The translations under genes were made by a program, and so were the position numbers. Below are positions 1 to 12,094 of a stretch of 40,076 nucleotides of DNA, piece by piece. The notes under the pieces are model-generated. The model was not told where the DNA came from. It did no database searches and saw nothing but the letters and a program-made list of their open reading frames with translations. The first letter of the stretch is position 1, and each line of letters starts with the position of its first letter. The DNA comes from Cycloclasticus sp. (GTDB lineage: Bacteria; Pseudomonadota; Gammaproteobacteria; Methylococcales; Cycloclasticaceae), in assembly GCA_018066825.1 (NCBI GenBank), contig JAGPVU010000097.1:1-40076 (forward strand), written 5' to 3'.

Positions 1-277
1 TTTCCATCATAAACTGGCCGTCCCACTCCGTGGTCGAGGAGCAAGCGCCTTGATGAAAAACAGCCTGTATTTCTAGCTCATCGAAATCACCGCCTAACAC
101 AGCATCTAAAAAGTCATCCTTATCCATGTAATCGGCAATCCGTGCATCGACGATGTTTTTGAATTTACGGCCCTCGCTTAAATCGTCAACCACCAAAATA
201 TCGTCAATACCCTTAGCATTTAAGCCTTGTACAATATTGCTACCAATAAAGCCTGCACCACCTGTTACGATTATCAT
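1..277 (-). CDS. hldD: ADP-L-glycero-D-manno-heptose 6-epimerase, N-terminal part (runs off window)
   Basis: Manual translation from ATG at 277: [33 protein letters not shown]...[15 protein letters not shown]; SDR GGxGxxG motif; directly downstream of hldE. Confidence 0.95.
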   Translation of the reverse strand, partial: MIIVTGGAGFIGSNIVQGLNAKGIDDILVVDDLSEGRKFKNIVDARIADYMDKDDFLDAVLGGDFDELEIQAVFHQGACSSTTEWDGQFMME

Positions 278-283
278 CTTCGT

Positions 284-1717
284 TTACCTTTTGTCGCTTG
301 TATTGCGTATATTTTTAATCAAATTGGTCGTTGAGCAACCATCTACATAGTCGAGTACGTATGTTGAGCCACCCGCTTCGGCAACACAGTCATGACCTTC
401 AATGTCCTCAATACGCTTATAATCACCACCTTTTACCAATACGTCCGGCAAAATTCGGCAAATATGGTCGCGCGGTGAATCCTCAGCGAAAGCGCATACC
501 CAGTCCACACAAGCCAGTGCAGATAACATTTCAGCGCGTGTTGCTAGGTCATTAATGGGACGCTCTGGCCCTTTTAAACGCGACACCGACGCGTCATCGT
601 TAACCAAAATAATAAGCCTATCGCCTAAAGCTTTAGCTTGTTGTAAATAACGAACATGGCCTGGGTGCAAAATGTCAAAGCAACCATTGGTGAGCACAAT
701 CTTTTCGCCATTAATGCGCGCCGTATTAATCGCCAATTCCAATTGGTTCGAGTCAACAAAGCCACGCGGCATATCATCTAGGGTATGTAAAGTGGCTTTT
801 AATTCTTGCTGACTAACCGTCGCCGTGCCTAATTTTGCCACCACTAAACCGGCTGCTTGATTGGCCAATACCGTCGCCTCAGAAAAACTCGCGCCAGCGG
901 CTAAACTGGCCGCCAAGGTAGAAATAACGGTATCGCCTGCACCGGTTACATCAAACACTTCTCGCGCCTGGGTCGGTAAATGAATCGCTGCTTGTTGCGG
1001 TTGTAACAAACTCATGCCTTTTTCACCACGGGTAATCAAAAGCGCTTCGAGCTGTAATGACTGCATCAATGCGGTTCCGAGAGAGACTAAATCCTCGTCC
1101 GTTTTACATTCACCAACGACGGCTTGAAATTCATTCCAATTCGGCGTAATTAAGGTTGCCCCACTATACTTTGTAAAGTCACTGCCTTTGGGGTCCACTA
1201 GCACCTTTTTACCCGCCGCCTTAGCCGCTAATATAAGTTGCTGTGCCGATGCCAAGGTGCCTTTGCCGTAATCAGACAAAATAACCACATCATGCGCAGG
1301 CAAGGCCTGAGTAAAATGCTGCAATAACTGATCGCTGGGCAAGTCGTGGAAGCTGTCTTCAAAGTCTAATCGAATCAGCTGCTGATGCCGACTAAGAATA
1401 CGCAGCTTGGTGATGGTTGGTTGATCGGTGAGCTGTTCAAATTGACACTGCACCCCTGCTTTCTCTAGTAATGAGTGCAAGCTACTCGCGGCATCATCGC
1501 TGCCGGTGTAGCCCAATACTGTCACCGATGATTCAAGCGCAGCAATGTTTAGGGCCACGTTACCCGCGCCACCGGGGCGGTCATCCACCGACTGCACATG
1601 GACCACTGGCACGGGGGCCTCGGGAGAAATCCTTGACGTATCTCCTTGCCAGTTTCTATCGAGCATCAAGTCACCCACGACTAAAACAGAAGCTTGACTA
1701 TAATTCGGTAATTTCAT
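284..1717 (-). CDS. hldE: Bifunctional heptose 7-phosphate kinase / heptose 1-phosphate adenylyltransferase
   Basis: RISPEAPVPVV and DVTGAGD PfkB motifs plus C-terminal TNGCFDILHPGH nucleotidyltransferase motif; 477 aa. Confidence 0.97.
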   Translation of the reverse strand: MKLPNYSQASVLVVGDLMLDRNWQGDTSRISPEAPVPVVHVQSVDDRPGGAGNVALNIAALESSVTVLGYTGSDDAASSLHSLLEKAGVQCQFEQLTDQPTITKLRILSRHQQLIRLDFEDSFHDLPSDQLLQHFTQALPAHDVVILSDYGKGTLASAQQLILAAKAAGKKVLVDPKGSDFTKYSGATLITPNWNEFQAVVGECKTDEDLVSLGTALMQSLQLEALLITRGEKGMSLLQPQQAAIHLPTQAREVFDVTGAGDTVISTLAASLAAGASFSEATVLANQAAGLVVAKLGTATVSQQELKATLHTLDDMPRGFVDSNQLELAINTARINGEKIVLTNGCFDILHPGHVRYLQQAKALGDRLIILVNDDASVSRLKGPERPINDLATRAEMLSALACVDWVCAFAEDSPRDHICRILPDVLVKGGDYKRIEDIEGHDCVAEAGGSTYVLDYVDGCSTTNLIKNIRNTSDKR

Positions 1718-1838
1718 CTTAAAATCTTAGTTAAACGGCGTGCAGATATCATAGCATGAGCAACGCAAAGCATAAAAAGCCCTGTCGTAAATGAGTAGAT
1801 AAATTATAATCGTTAAAACCGATCTTGAGGACAAGCCA

Positions 1839-2186
1839 TTGAGTGTTAAAATTTACCACAATCCACGCTGTAGCAAATCACGTCAGACCTTGCAGTTACT
1901 TGAACAGCACGGCGAGCAAGCGCAAGTGATTGAATACCTCAAAGACACGCCCAGCCGACTTGAGCTGCAAACCGTATTAAGCCTGCTTAAGCTTCAACCG
2001 CGCGAGCTAATGCGTAAAGGCGAGGCGATTTACAAAGAACTACAACTCGGGAACGATGCGTTGAGCGACGACCAACTCATTGACGCCATGCTGCAACACC
2101 CCATTTTAATCGAGCGGCCCATCGTATTAGCAAACGGCAAAGCCGCCATCGGCCGCCCGCCAGAAAGCGTATTGGAAATTTTATAA
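1839..2186 (+). CDS. arsC: Arsenate reductase (glutaredoxin) ArsC family protein
   Basis: IYHNPRCSKSR and LIERPIV motifs; TTG start after GAGGA. Confidence 0.9.
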   Translation: MSVKIYHNPRCSKSRQTLQLLEQHGEQAQVIEYLKDTPSRLELQTVLSLLKLQPRELMRKGEAIYKELQLGNDALSDDQLIDAMLQHPILIERPIVLANGKAAIGRPPESVLEIL

Positions 2187-3135
<949 letters not shown>

Positions 3136-3136
<1 letters not shown>

Positions 3137-3822
3137 TGCTGCACCAACTACCGCTGCCTTTTAAATTACAGGCGTCGTTTACTTTTGAGAACTTTATTGC
3201 CTCCGACAACCAGTTAATTGTCGATGCCTTAAGCAATCAATCCGAACCGTTTATTTTTCTGTGGGGAAATCAGGGCAGTGGTAAAACCCACCTGTTGCAG
3301 GCTTGCTGCTTATATCAAGCACAACTCGGCAAAACGGCCAGTTACCTACCCTTAAAAGAGTTACTCAGCTTGTCTCCAGCCATTTTAGAGGGCATGGCTG
3401 GGGTTGATTTAGTGTGTATTGACGATATTGAGCTAGCTTTCGGCCTAACAGATTGGGAAGAAGCCTTGTTTAATTTATTTAATCAAATAAGGCAGGCACA
3501 AGGCCGTTTAATTGTTAGCTCGAACGCTTCGCCGCAACGCGCTAAAATCAACCTTAACGATTTAAAAAGCCGGCTTTCAAGCGGTTTACCGGTGGATTTA
3601 AAACCACTTAGCGACAGCAGTACGATAAGCGCTTTGCAAGTACGGGCGCAACAATTAGGCTTAGAACTGAATCACGACGTGGCCAATTATTTGATCACCC
3701 ACTTTCCTAGGGACCTTCCTAGCTTATGGCGCATAATAGATGAACTTGACCATGCTAGCTTATCCGCGCAACGCAAACTGACAATCCCCTTTTTAAAAAG
3801 CGCCTTGTCCAACAAAAGATAA
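3136..3822 (+). CDS. hda: DnaA regulatory inactivator Hda
   Basis: N-terminal QLPLPF clamp-binding motif, GSGKTHLL Walker A, DLKSRL, RKLTIPF. Confidence 0.95.
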
Positions 3823-3891
3823 AAGCAATCGTATTAAGCGTTTGTTCAGACTGAACTGATAGGATGCAGCAAAAAACAAATGGAGAGCGTT

Positions 3892-4638
3892 ATGTTTAGT
3901 TCGTTAAGATGTATAGTATTGACCGCATTAATGGTTTTTAGCAGTTACACCCAAGCGGGGTTTTTGGACTTTATTAAAGAAATTGACCCGGCAAAGCTAA
4001 ACCTTCCAGCCGTTGCCCAAAGCACTAATGGACTGTCAAATACAGACATCGTCTCGGGGCTTAAGCAAGCGCTTGAAAAAGGCACCCAAGTGGCGGTGCA
4101 AAACCTAAGTGCTGAAGGTGGTTTTTTGAACCACCCTGACGTTCGCATACCCTTACCCAGTTTTTTACAGCCGATTGCTTCTTCTTTAAGAATGCTAGGT
4201 CAGGGGCACTTTGTCGACGAGTTGCAAACCACCCTCAATCGAGCTGCAGAACAGGCCGCACCCGAAGCCACCGAGATTTTTACTGAGACTATTCAGCAAA
4301 TGAGCATTGACGATGCGGTTGGCATTTTACAAGGCCCCAATAACGCCGCAACCGAATACTTTAAAAAACACAGCGCGGCTAAACTACGCGATAAGTTATT
4401 GCCGATTGTCACCCAAACCACCAATAGCGCCGGGGTGACCGCCAGCTACAAAAAACTGATTGATAATTCTGGTAATATGAGTGCCTTGGTGGCCTCGCAG
4501 GTCTCCGACCTGGATAAATTTATTGCGCATAAAGCCGTGCAAAGCTTATTTTTAAGAATTGCAGAACAAGAAAAACTTATTCGTGAAAACCCGGCGGCAA
4601 GAACGACTGATTTATTAAAGAAAGTATTTACTCCTTAA
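3892..4638 (+). CDS. DUF4197 family secreted protein
   Basis: Signal peptide, GLKQAL, LNRAAEQA, IRENPAARTTDLLKKVF; start chosen at ATG 3892 after GGAG. Confidence 0.88.
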   Translation: MFSSLRCIVLTALMVFSSYTQAGFLDFIKEIDPAKLNLPAVAQSTNGLSNTDIVSGLKQALEKGTQVAVQNLSAEGGFLNHPDVRIPLPSFLQPIASSLRMLGQGHFVDELQTTLNRAAEQAAPEATEIFTETIQQMSIDDAVGILQGPNNAATEYFKKHSAAKLRDKLLPIVTQTTNSAGVTASYKKLIDNSGNMSALVASQVSDLDKFIAHKAVQSLFLRIAEQEKLIRENPAARTTDLLKKVFTP

Positions 4639-4659
4639 CTAAAAAACTAAAAAAACAGC

Positions 4660-5493
4660 ATGGACAATTTATTCTCGGATAGCACTATCAACCAAATTCA
4701 AACGCTGCTTAGCGTGTATGGACTTAAAGTGATCGCCGCCTTAGCGATTTTCTTTATCGGTAAGATGATCGCAAGAACTGTTAAATCAACTGTTTCAAAG
4801 GCCATGCTTAAGGCGAAATCAGATCCTATATTGATCTCATTTAGTAGCAATATGGTCTACGTCGCCCTGTTGGCGTTTATTGTCGTGGCTGCCTTGGGAC
4901 AATTAGGCATTCAGACCACCTCGTTTATCGCCATTGTGGGTGCAGCTGGTCTAGCGGTTGCTTTAGCGTTGCAAGGCTCCTTGTCTAATTTTGCAGCGGG
5001 CGTTTTAATGATTGTTTTTCGCCCTTTTAAACAGGGTGACTTTATCGAAGGCGCAGGCGTCGCGGGCGTCGTCGAGGCGGTTCATATATTTAATACCGTG
5101 ATGCGTACCGGTGACAATAAAACCATTATCATTCCCAATGCTGGATTGATGAACGGCAATATCACCAATTACACAACCAAGCCTACCCGACGCATTGATT
5201 TGATTTATGGCATCGGTTATGACGATGATCTAAAAAAAGCCAAGGCCGTTTTAGAAGACATTTTACAAAGAGACGAACGCATCCTTAAAGACCCTGCACC
5301 ACTGGTAGCCGTTCATGCTCTTGCTGACAGCAGCGTTAATTTTGCGGTACGCCCCTGGGTAAACTCTGCCGATTACTGGGCGGTAACGTTTGACCTCAAT
5401 GAACGTGTCAAACTGCGCTTTAACGAAGAAAACATTAGCATCCCATTTCCGCAACAAGATGTTCACTTGCATACGGTAAACACGGAAAAGTAA
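4660..5493 (+). CDS. mscS: Small-conductance mechanosensitive channel
   Basis: GAAGLAVALALQGSLSNFAAG, FRPFKQGD, ISIPFPQ. Confidence 0.93.
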   Translation: MDNLFSDSTINQIQTLLSVYGLKVIAALAIFFIGKMIARTVKSTVSKAMLKAKSDPILISFSSNMVYVALLAFIVVAALGQLGIQTTSFIAIVGAAGLAVALALQGSLSNFAAGVLMIVFRPFKQGDFIEGAGVAGVVEAVHIFNTVMRTGDNKTIIIPNAGLMNGNITNYTTKPTRRIDLIYGIGYDDDLKKAKAVLEDILQRDERILKDPAPLVAVHALADSSVNFAVRPWVNSADYWAVTFDLNERVKLRFNEENISIPFPQQDVHLHTVNTEK

Positions 5494-5653
5494 CCCTCAT
5501 CAAAAACTCTAGGGGGTCGATACCAACAACCCCTATTATTTCTTAGCCTCAAATAACCAACCCAACTAAATGGGTTGATTTTTAACCCTAAGCGCACTAT
5601 CTTAAGACGCTTTTTAATGCGCTTTGCGCCTAACTTAAACTATAAGGATACCT

Positions 5654-6226
5654 ATGACACATGCTTTGCCCGCTCTTCCCTACGCCATTGATGCATTAGA
5701 GCCCCATATTTCTAAAGAAACACTAGAGTTTCACCACGGCAAACACCACGCAACCTACGTTACCAAGCTTAACGGCTTAATTCCTGGCACTGAGTTTGAA
5801 AACGCTGCACTTGAAGATATCGTAAAAAAATCGTCTGGCCCCATTTTTAATAATGCCGCACAAATTTGGAACCATACGTTTTACTGGAACTGCTTAACAC
5901 CCACGAGCAGTGAACCGGCCGGTGAGCTTTTAGATGCTATTAACGCTGCATTTGGCTCGGTAGAGGCTTTTAAAGCTGAATTTACCGATAAGTCGATCAA
6001 CCTTTTCGGCGCTGGCTGGTGCTGGTTAACAAAAACCACCGATGGTGCGCTGGAAATCGTTCAAACTAGCAATGCTGGTAACCCGATGACTGATGGCAAA
6101 ACACCGCTATTGACCTGTGACGTGTGGGAACACGCCTATTACATCGATTGCCGTAACGCACGCCCTGCGTATATGGACAAGTTCTGGGCCTTGGTCAACT
6201 GGGATTTTGTTGCTCAAAACTTATAA
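5654..6226 (+). CDS. sodB: Superoxide dismutase [Fe]
   Basis: [28 protein letters not shown]. Confidence 0.96.
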   Translation: MTHALPALPYAIDALEPHISKETLEFHHGKHHATYVTKLNGLIPGTEFENAALEDIVKKSSGPIFNNAAQIWNHTFYWNCLTPTSSEPAGELLDAINAAFGSVEAFKAEFTDKSINLFGAGWCWLTKTTDGALEIVQTSNAGNPMTDGKTPLLTCDVWEHAYYIDCRNARPAYMDKFWALVNWDFVAQNL

Positions 6227-6242
6227 GATAACTCCCTTTATT

Positions 6243-6270
6243 AAAAGGCGCCCCTTGGGGCGCCTTTTTT
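6243..6270. terminator. Bidirectional intrinsic terminator between sodB and the AI-2E gene
   Basis: AAAAGGCGCCCC-TT-GGGGCGCCTTTTTT between convergent genes. Confidence 0.9.
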
Positions 6271-6295
6271 ATTGCACGGTTATAGTTAAACACCT

Positions 6296-7342
6296 TTATT
6301 CAGCGTTATACAGCTCGCTTTTTTTGTACTGATTATCCAAATCGCGAACAAAAACCAGTAAAACCGCCGCAACAGGCAAGGCCAGTAACACCCCGGTAAA
6401 GCCAAAGAGTTGTCCACCCGCCATCACCGCAAAAATTACTGCCACGGGGTGTAAACCAATTTTGTCGCCCACCAGAACAGGGGTTAACACCACGCTTTCT
6501 AGCACTTGAGCAACCGCAAAAACAAGCAAGATGGCCAGTAAGCCGCTGCCATCATGCAGCTGAAAAATTGAGGCTAAACACGCTAATATAATGCCTATTA
6601 TTAAGCCGAGATAAGGCACAAAGCTGACTAGGCCCGCTATCAAGCTGATCAATAAAGCAAATTCTAAACCCACCATACTCAAACCTGCGTAATACACGAC
6701 AGTCAAACACGTCATAACAATAAGCTGACCCTTAAAAAAAGCCGCTAAAACCGTATCCACTTGCTGCGTAAGGTCATTGGCTTTTTCCTCTAGTCGGCGC
6801 GGAAAAATCTGCCGGATATTATGTATCAGCGCGCTCCAATCCCTGAGTAAGTAAAAGGTCACCACAGGGATTAAAATAATCGTCGCCAAACCCGATAAAA
6901 AGGCCACACCTGACGAGCTAATCGACGCAATAAGGCCTGCGGCCATGCTGCCCGCGCCGGCTAAATTATCTTGCAACGCCAATTGTAGCTGTTCGACATT
7001 AATTTGTGCCAACACAGTAAAGCGCGCTTGCAGCCATGGCAGCGCCGTTTGCTTAGCCCAGGCTATTATCGTAGGGACTTTTTCAATCAAGGCAGATAGT
7101 TGCTGCTCTACCAAGGGTAATAAAACGAAAAAAGTCATGCTTAGCAGTAAAAAAATGACCGCAAATACCACACTAACCGCTATCGATCGGGGCCACTTGA
7201 AACGCTCCAACCTAAGCACTAAAGGATTGCCCAAATACGCCAGCAGCGCCGCCACCAAAAAGGGCGTCAAAATAGGCGACAACAAGTACACAAGCCCCGC
7301 ACTAAGAATAAAGATAATGACGTATTTATTACTGTTGTTCAT
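6296..7342 (-). CDS. AI-2E family (PerM-like) transporter
   Basis: LTPFLVAALLAYL, FYLLRDW, VGDKIGLHPVAVIFAV, GVLLALP. Confidence 0.92.
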   Translation of the reverse strand: MNNSNKYVIIFILSAGLVYLLSPILTPFLVAALLAYLGNPLVLRLERFKWPRSIAVSVVFAVIFLLLSMTFFVLLPLVEQQLSALIEKVPTIIAWAKQTALPWLQARFTVLAQINVEQLQLALQDNLAGAGSMAAGLIASISSSGVAFLSGLATIILIPVVTFYLLRDWSALIHNIRQIFPRRLEEKANDLTQQVDTVLAAFFKGQLIVMTCLTVVYYAGLSMVGLEFALLISLIAGLVSFVPYLGLIIGIILACLASIFQLHDGSGLLAILLVFAVAQVLESVVLTPVLVGDKIGLHPVAVIFAVMAGGQLFGFTGVLLALPVAAVLLVFVRDLDNQYKKSELYNAE

Positions 7343-7898
7343 GTTGTTCCTTCATCTTTAAGCTCCAAGCTCTAAAACCCCACACCCACACGTATTCCAA
7401 ACCACTAATCGTTGTTGTTGCGGCCACAGAATACAAGGCAAATTCTAACCAATCGGCAGGTATCGTTAACACGCCTTGTGCGGATATTAACATCACCAAA
7501 TAGATAATCTGGAACGTGGTATTGAGTTTACTTGAGAACGGCGGCTCGCCGTTAAACCTTTCTACTAGACAGTGATACATAAAGGCTCCTACCGCAACAA
7601 TGAGATCACGCACCACAATAATCACAAATAACCACAGTGGTAACAAGCCAATAATAGCACCGACTAAAAAACACGAGACCAATAATAATTTATCGGCTAA
7701 CGGATCAAGCAAAGACCCTAAACGGCTCGTCCAACCGAATTTTTTAGCCAAAAACCCATCCAAGGCATCCGATAGGCCGGCGACGATAAATAATAATAAC
7801 GCCGTTACATGGGCACCTTGTAATAAAAAGTAAACGATAGGCCCCACCAATATAATTCTTATAAAACTAATCAGGTTGGGAATATCTTTTCTTTGCAT
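7329..7898 (-). CDS. CDP-alcohol phosphatidyltransferase family protein
   Basis: IPNLIS and DALDGFLAK...G..LDPLADK signature. Confidence 0.92.
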   Translation of the reverse strand: MQRKDIPNLISFIRIILVGPIVYFLLQGAHVTALLLFIVAGLSDALDGFLAKKFGWTSRLGSLLDPLADKLLLVSCFLVGAIIGLLPLWLFVIIVVRDLIVAVGAFMYHCLVERFNGEPPFSSKLNTTFQIIYLVMLISAQGVLTIPADWLEFALYSVAATTTISGLEYVWVWGFRAWSLKMKEQHEQQ

Positions 7899-8978
7899 TT
7901 AATTTATACGGTAATAAAGCGTTCTATTAAGCCCTTGATCAATCTGCATTTCCCCTTCGACCACCTTCGCTACTGTTGGAACTTGTGCAGCATCCGGTGA
8001 TAACACGTGATTTAAGGCGATCATTTTTTTAAACACCGCCTCCTCTCCGCTGATGTTTAGCTTTAACTCAAGTGTGTCGGTACGCATGCTTTTCCATTCT
8101 AGCCTTTTAACCATATCTAACGAAGAAAGGTACTGCGTGACATCTATAAACTGCTCCAGGGTGTTGACCCCTTTTAGCACAAGCGATAATTCAGCTTCGC
8201 CCGTTGAACCCCTCGGCGCGTAAATATCGGCTAAACGCTCTGAGACTTTTGCCAGACTCATGCGAAATGCGGCTTCTAACGTATCAGCATGCAAAGCATC
8301 AACGTATTCCCCGTTGGCATTAATTAGCTTCCAATCGAACTGTTTAGACGCATTAGTGCCGCCCTTCATATACGCCACTATGACCTGTTTCGCGCCATAA
8401 CGCTGCGAAGCCAACTCGATGGTCTCTGGTGAGGCCTGCCATACGTTCTCCGTAGTGATCGCTTGCTGATCGGCCAAGTCCAGTAAGGGTAGTGTGATCG
8501 CCAAACCAGAATCCAACGCTATTTGTGTCAACTGCGAGTTCCATTGTTCTGAGTCTGCCCCAACTAGTTGCACCCTGCCTGCCTGTTCCAGCGACAACCA
8601 AACTAAAATATCAGGTCGGTTGCTTCCCCACACGGGTACATCTAAGCGCTGTAAAAACCGATCAATCGCCGTTTTTTGAAAACTAATACTGAGCAGATAG
8701 CCTGTCTGTTCATCGGCCATTTTTTGATACTGAAATTGTTCCACGTATGAACTGAACTTAGGCGTTTCCGTCTGCAATAAGGGACTTTGTAAAACGCTGG
8801 TTCTGCCTGATGCTTTTTGTAAAACAAGGTTGAATGCCACCGCAATGGCTTTATTACGCAAGGTTTGAGATTGATCATCAACGACAACTTGTGCTGTGTA
8901 TAAACCGTTTACCTGTACTGCGTAAAGCGGCAAAGATAAGATAAACAAGCATAAACCCACCCAATAACGCATCCCCAT
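7899..8978 (-). CDS. DUF2066 family periplasmic protein
   Basis: Signal peptide, PVWGSNRP and LPLLDLAD motifs; conserved position divergent from purM; start uncertain (8984/8978/8972). Confidence 0.85.
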   Translation of the reverse strand: MGMRYWVGLCLFILSLPLYAVQVNGLYTAQVVVDDQSQTLRNKAIAVAFNLVLQKASGRTSVLQSPLLQTETPKFSSYVEQFQYQKMADEQTGYLLSISFQKTAIDRFLQRLDVPVWGSNRPDILVWLSLEQAGRVQLVGADSEQWNSQLTQIALDSGLAITLPLLDLADQQAITTENVWQASPETIELASQRYGAKQVIVAYMKGGTNASKQFDWKLINANGEYVDALHADTLEAAFRMSLAKVSERLADIYAPRGSTGEAELSLVLKGVNTLEQFIDVTQYLSSLDMVKRLEWKSMRTDTLELKLNISGEEAVFKKMIALNHVLSPDAAQVPTVAKVVEGEMQIDQGLNRTLYYRIN

Positions 8979-9089
8979 CCCCAACTCTTTTTAATTTACA
9001 AGGCTATAGCATAATATAGTTAGTCCTATTACTGCCAACAATTAACTCAACTGATATAATTACTTATTTCAAATCAGGTAGACGTCATT

Positions 9090-10127
9090 TTGAGTGATTC
9101 CAAAACCAGCCTAAGTTACAAAGCCGCAGGTGTTGATATAGACGCCGGCGCACAGCTCGTAGAACGCATTAAACCCATTGCCAAACGCACCAAACGCCCA
9201 GGCGTTATGTCGGGTTTGGGCGGGTTTGGCTCGTTGTTTGAGTTACCACTCGATCGTTATAAGCAGCCGATACTCGTTTCTGGTACCGACGGCGTAGGCA
9301 CAAAACTAAAACTCGCCATGCTGCTTAATCAACATGACAGTATTGGCATTGATCTAGTTGCTATGTGTGTTAACGACATTGTGGTTACCGGCGCCGAACC
9401 CCTGTTTTTCTTAGACTATTACGCCACAGGAAAACTTGATTTAGAGGTCGCCACGTCTGTTATTTCTGGTATTGGCAAAGGCTGCGAATTGGCCGGCGCT
9501 GCCCTTGTTGGCGGTGAAACAGCCGAAATGCCAGGCATGTATAACGACGGTGATTATGATTTAGCCGGCTTTAGCGTAGGCATTGCTGAAAAAGAACAGA
9601 TCATTGATGGCTCTAAGGTAGCCGTTGGTGACGTATTAATTGGACTCGCCTCTTCCGGCGCACACTCGAATGGTTACTCGTTGATCAGAAAGGTTATCGA
9701 GCGCCAATCTGACCTCGACCAAACCGTAGGTGGCATCCCTTTAACGCAAGCCCTAATGGAGCCTACCCGTATTTACGTTAAATCTTTGCTCGAACTAATT
9801 CGCAAGCAACCCGTTCACGCACTCGCACACATTACCGGTGGCGGCATCACCGAAAACTTACCTCGGGTGTTACCTGATAATACGGTCGCCAATATTAAAT
9901 TAGGCAGCTGGCCAACACCGGCCTTATTCGATTGGCTACAAGAAGAAGGCAATATCGCCGGCGATGAAATGCTCAAAACGTTTAACTGCGGCATTGGCAT
10001 GGTCGTTTGCGTTTCTCCACAAAATGTTGATGCAGTACTTGAGCAATTAAAAAACAGCGGCGAGTCCGCGTTTGTCATCGGTGACATTGCACAGGCAACT
10101 GGCGAACCTTACGTCAACTACCTGTAA
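9090..10127 (+). CDS. purM: Phosphoribosylformylglycinamidine cyclo-ligase
   Basis: [38 protein letters not shown]. Confidence 0.98.
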   Translation: MSDSKTSLSYKAAGVDIDAGAQLVERIKPIAKRTKRPGVMSGLGGFGSLFELPLDRYKQPILVSGTDGVGTKLKLAMLLNQHDSIGIDLVAMCVNDIVVTGAEPLFFLDYYATGKLDLEVATSVISGIGKGCELAGAALVGGETAEMPGMYNDGDYDLAGFSVGIAEKEQIIDGSKVAVGDVLIGLASSGAHSNGYSLIRKVIERQSDLDQTVGGIPLTQALMEPTRIYVKSLLELIRKQPVHALAHITGGGITENLPRVLPDNTVANIKLGSWPTPALFDWLQEEGNIAGDEMLKTFNCGIGMVVCVSPQNVDAVLEQLKNSGESAFVIGDIAQATGEPYVNYL

Positions 10128-10132
10128 ACCGC

Positions 10133-10771
10133 ATGAGCACCGATTACCGTATTGTCGTATTATTATCAGGCTCAGGTACCACGCTACAATCGATTATAGA
10201 CACCAAATTACCGGCTAACATTGTCGCGGTTATCAGCAATAAGCCCAATGCGCGAGGGCTAAGTCGCGCTCAAGAAGCCGGCATTCCTGCCCATGTGCTC
10301 GACCACACCACATTTCCATCACGTCAGGACTTTGACTTGGAACTGCAAAAGCTTATTGACCAACAGCGTCCGGATTTAATCGTTTTAGCGGGCTTTATGC
10401 GCATCTTAAGCGATGATTTTGTACACCATTACTACGGCCGCTTAATCAATATACACCCCTCCTTATTACCTAAGTATAAAGGCACGCACACCCACCAGCG
10501 CGTCATGGCTGATGGCGACCCGCTACACGGTAGCAGCGTGCATTTCGTTAACACCGAACTCGATAGCGGCCCCATACTATTGCAAGCTAGACTCCCTGTT
10601 TTAGCCACCGATAGCGTTGAAAGTTTAGAGCTTAGAGTCAAAGTTAAAGAACACTTGATCTACCCTACTGCCATCAGTTGGCTTGCTAAAGGACGCATCA
10701 AGCTTAAAGATGATGCTATTTACATGGACGGAAAGAAAATGCCCGGCCCCGTGGTGATGGACTACATGTAG
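10133..10771 (+). CDS. purN: Phosphoribosylglycinamide formyltransferase
   Basis: SGSGT, LAGFMRIL, INIHPSLLP, ELDSGP; follows purM. Confidence 0.97.
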   Translation: MSTDYRIVVLLSGSGTTLQSIIDTKLPANIVAVISNKPNARGLSRAQEAGIPAHVLDHTTFPSRQDFDLELQKLIDQQRPDLIVLAGFMRILSDDFVHHYYGRLINIHPSLLPKYKGTHTHQRVMADGDPLHGSSVHFVNTELDSGPILLQARLPVLATDSVESLELRVKVKEHLIYPTAISWLAKGRIKLKDDAIYMDGKKMPGPVVMDYM

Positions 10772-10776
10772 CACAA

Positions 10777-11514
10777 GTGGCGATGACTTTATCAAAAAAG
10801 GCATTCATCACCCACTGCGTTATTCTAATCAGTACGTTATTTCTACAAACCAGCTCCGCGTCTGAGTTAATTGTTCCTATTTTTGAAGCCGACTACACCC
10901 TGCGTCATAACGACATCCAGATAGGTCACGTGGCATTAAGCGTTAAAAAATTGGGTGACGCACAGTATCAATTAACGTCATCAACCAAAACCAGCGGTCT
11001 ACTGTCCTTTATCCGGGACGACGATGTAGAAGAAAGCAGCCAATTTGATCTCGACAACGACCGCGTTCGTTCGCTCAGTTATCACTACAAGGCTGACTTA
11101 GGCGACAGCCAAAAAGACATTATTCTAAATTTCGATTGGTCTAAGCTTAAGGTAAGCAACTCAATAGCCGGCCGCAGCTGGAAATTAGCCATAACCGATG
11201 GCGTACTCGATAAAGCCTTGATGCAGATAGCACTCATGCACGATTTAGAGGATAAAGACGCATCCTTAAGCTATCAAATTGCCGATGGTGGACGCCTTAA
11301 AAACTATGTTTTTACACGTATCGGTACAGAAAAAATTACTATCGGCGATCGTCAATACGAAACCACTAAACTAGCCCGCAAAAAAGACGACAAGCCACTG
11401 ATCACCTATTATTGGTGCGCCAAGTCACTAGCTAATCTACCCGTCTTATTGCGCCGAGAAAAAAAATACGGCACCTTTGAAATGCGCCTCGACCAAGTTA
11501 AATTTAGCGACTAA
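10777..11514 (+). CDS. DUF3108 family secreted protein
   Basis: Signal-peptide-like N-terminus, beta-rich; position after purN as in many gammaproteobacteria; start may be ATG 10783. Confidence 0.8.
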   Translation: MAMTLSKKAFITHCVILISTLFLQTSSASELIVPIFEADYTLRHNDIQIGHVALSVKKLGDAQYQLTSSTKTSGLLSFIRDDDVEESSQFDLDNDRVRSLSYHYKADLGDSQKDIILNFDWSKLKVSNSIAGRSWKLAITDGVLDKALMQIALMHDLEDKDASLSYQIADGGRLKNYVFTRIGTEKITIGDRQYETTKLARKKDDKPLITYYWCAKSLANLPVLLRREKKYGTFEMRLDQVKFSD

Positions 11515-12081
11515 TTAGGCTTTTGGTAGCGTTACGCCGGTTTGCCCTTGGTACTTACCACCACGGTCGCCGTACGATGTTTCGCAAATTTCATCTGCAC
11601 CTAAAAACAAAATCTGGGCAACACCTTCATTGGCATAAATTTTTGCCGGCAACGGTGTGGTGTTGGAAAACTCCAGCGTTACGTGCCCTTCCCATTCTGG
11701 CTCTAAGGGCGTCACATTAACGATAATGCCGCAGCGCGCATAGGTAGACTTACCCAAACAAATGGTCAGCACATCACGTGGGATTTTTAAATATTCCACC
11801 GTTCGAGCCAAGGCAAACGAGTTTGGCGGAATGATACAAACATCTGACTTTACATCAACAAAACTATTGGCATCAAAGTTTTTGGGATCGACAATGGCAG
11901 AGTTAATGTTGGTAAAGATTTTAAATTCATCCGAGCAGCGGATGTCATAACCGTAACTCGACGTACCGTACGAAATAACCCGGCCATGCGGCGAGTTACG
12001 AACCTGACCAGCCTCAAATGGTGCGATCATATCGTGTTCTTTCGCCATACGGCGAATCCAACTATCAGACTTAATACCCAT
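11515..12081 (-). CDS. dcd: dCTP deaminase
   Basis: [34 protein letters not shown]. Confidence 0.97.
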   Translation of the reverse strand: MGIKSDSWIRRMAKEHDMIAPFEAGQVRNSPHGRVISYGTSSYGYDIRCSDEFKIFTNINSAIVDPKNFDANSFVDVKSDVCIIPPNSFALARTVEYLKIPRDVLTICLGKSTYARCGIIVNVTPLEPEWEGHVTLEFSNTTPLPAKIYANEGVAQILFLGADEICETSYGDRGGKYQGQTGVTLPKA

Positions 12082-12094
12082 CGTTTACCCTAAT

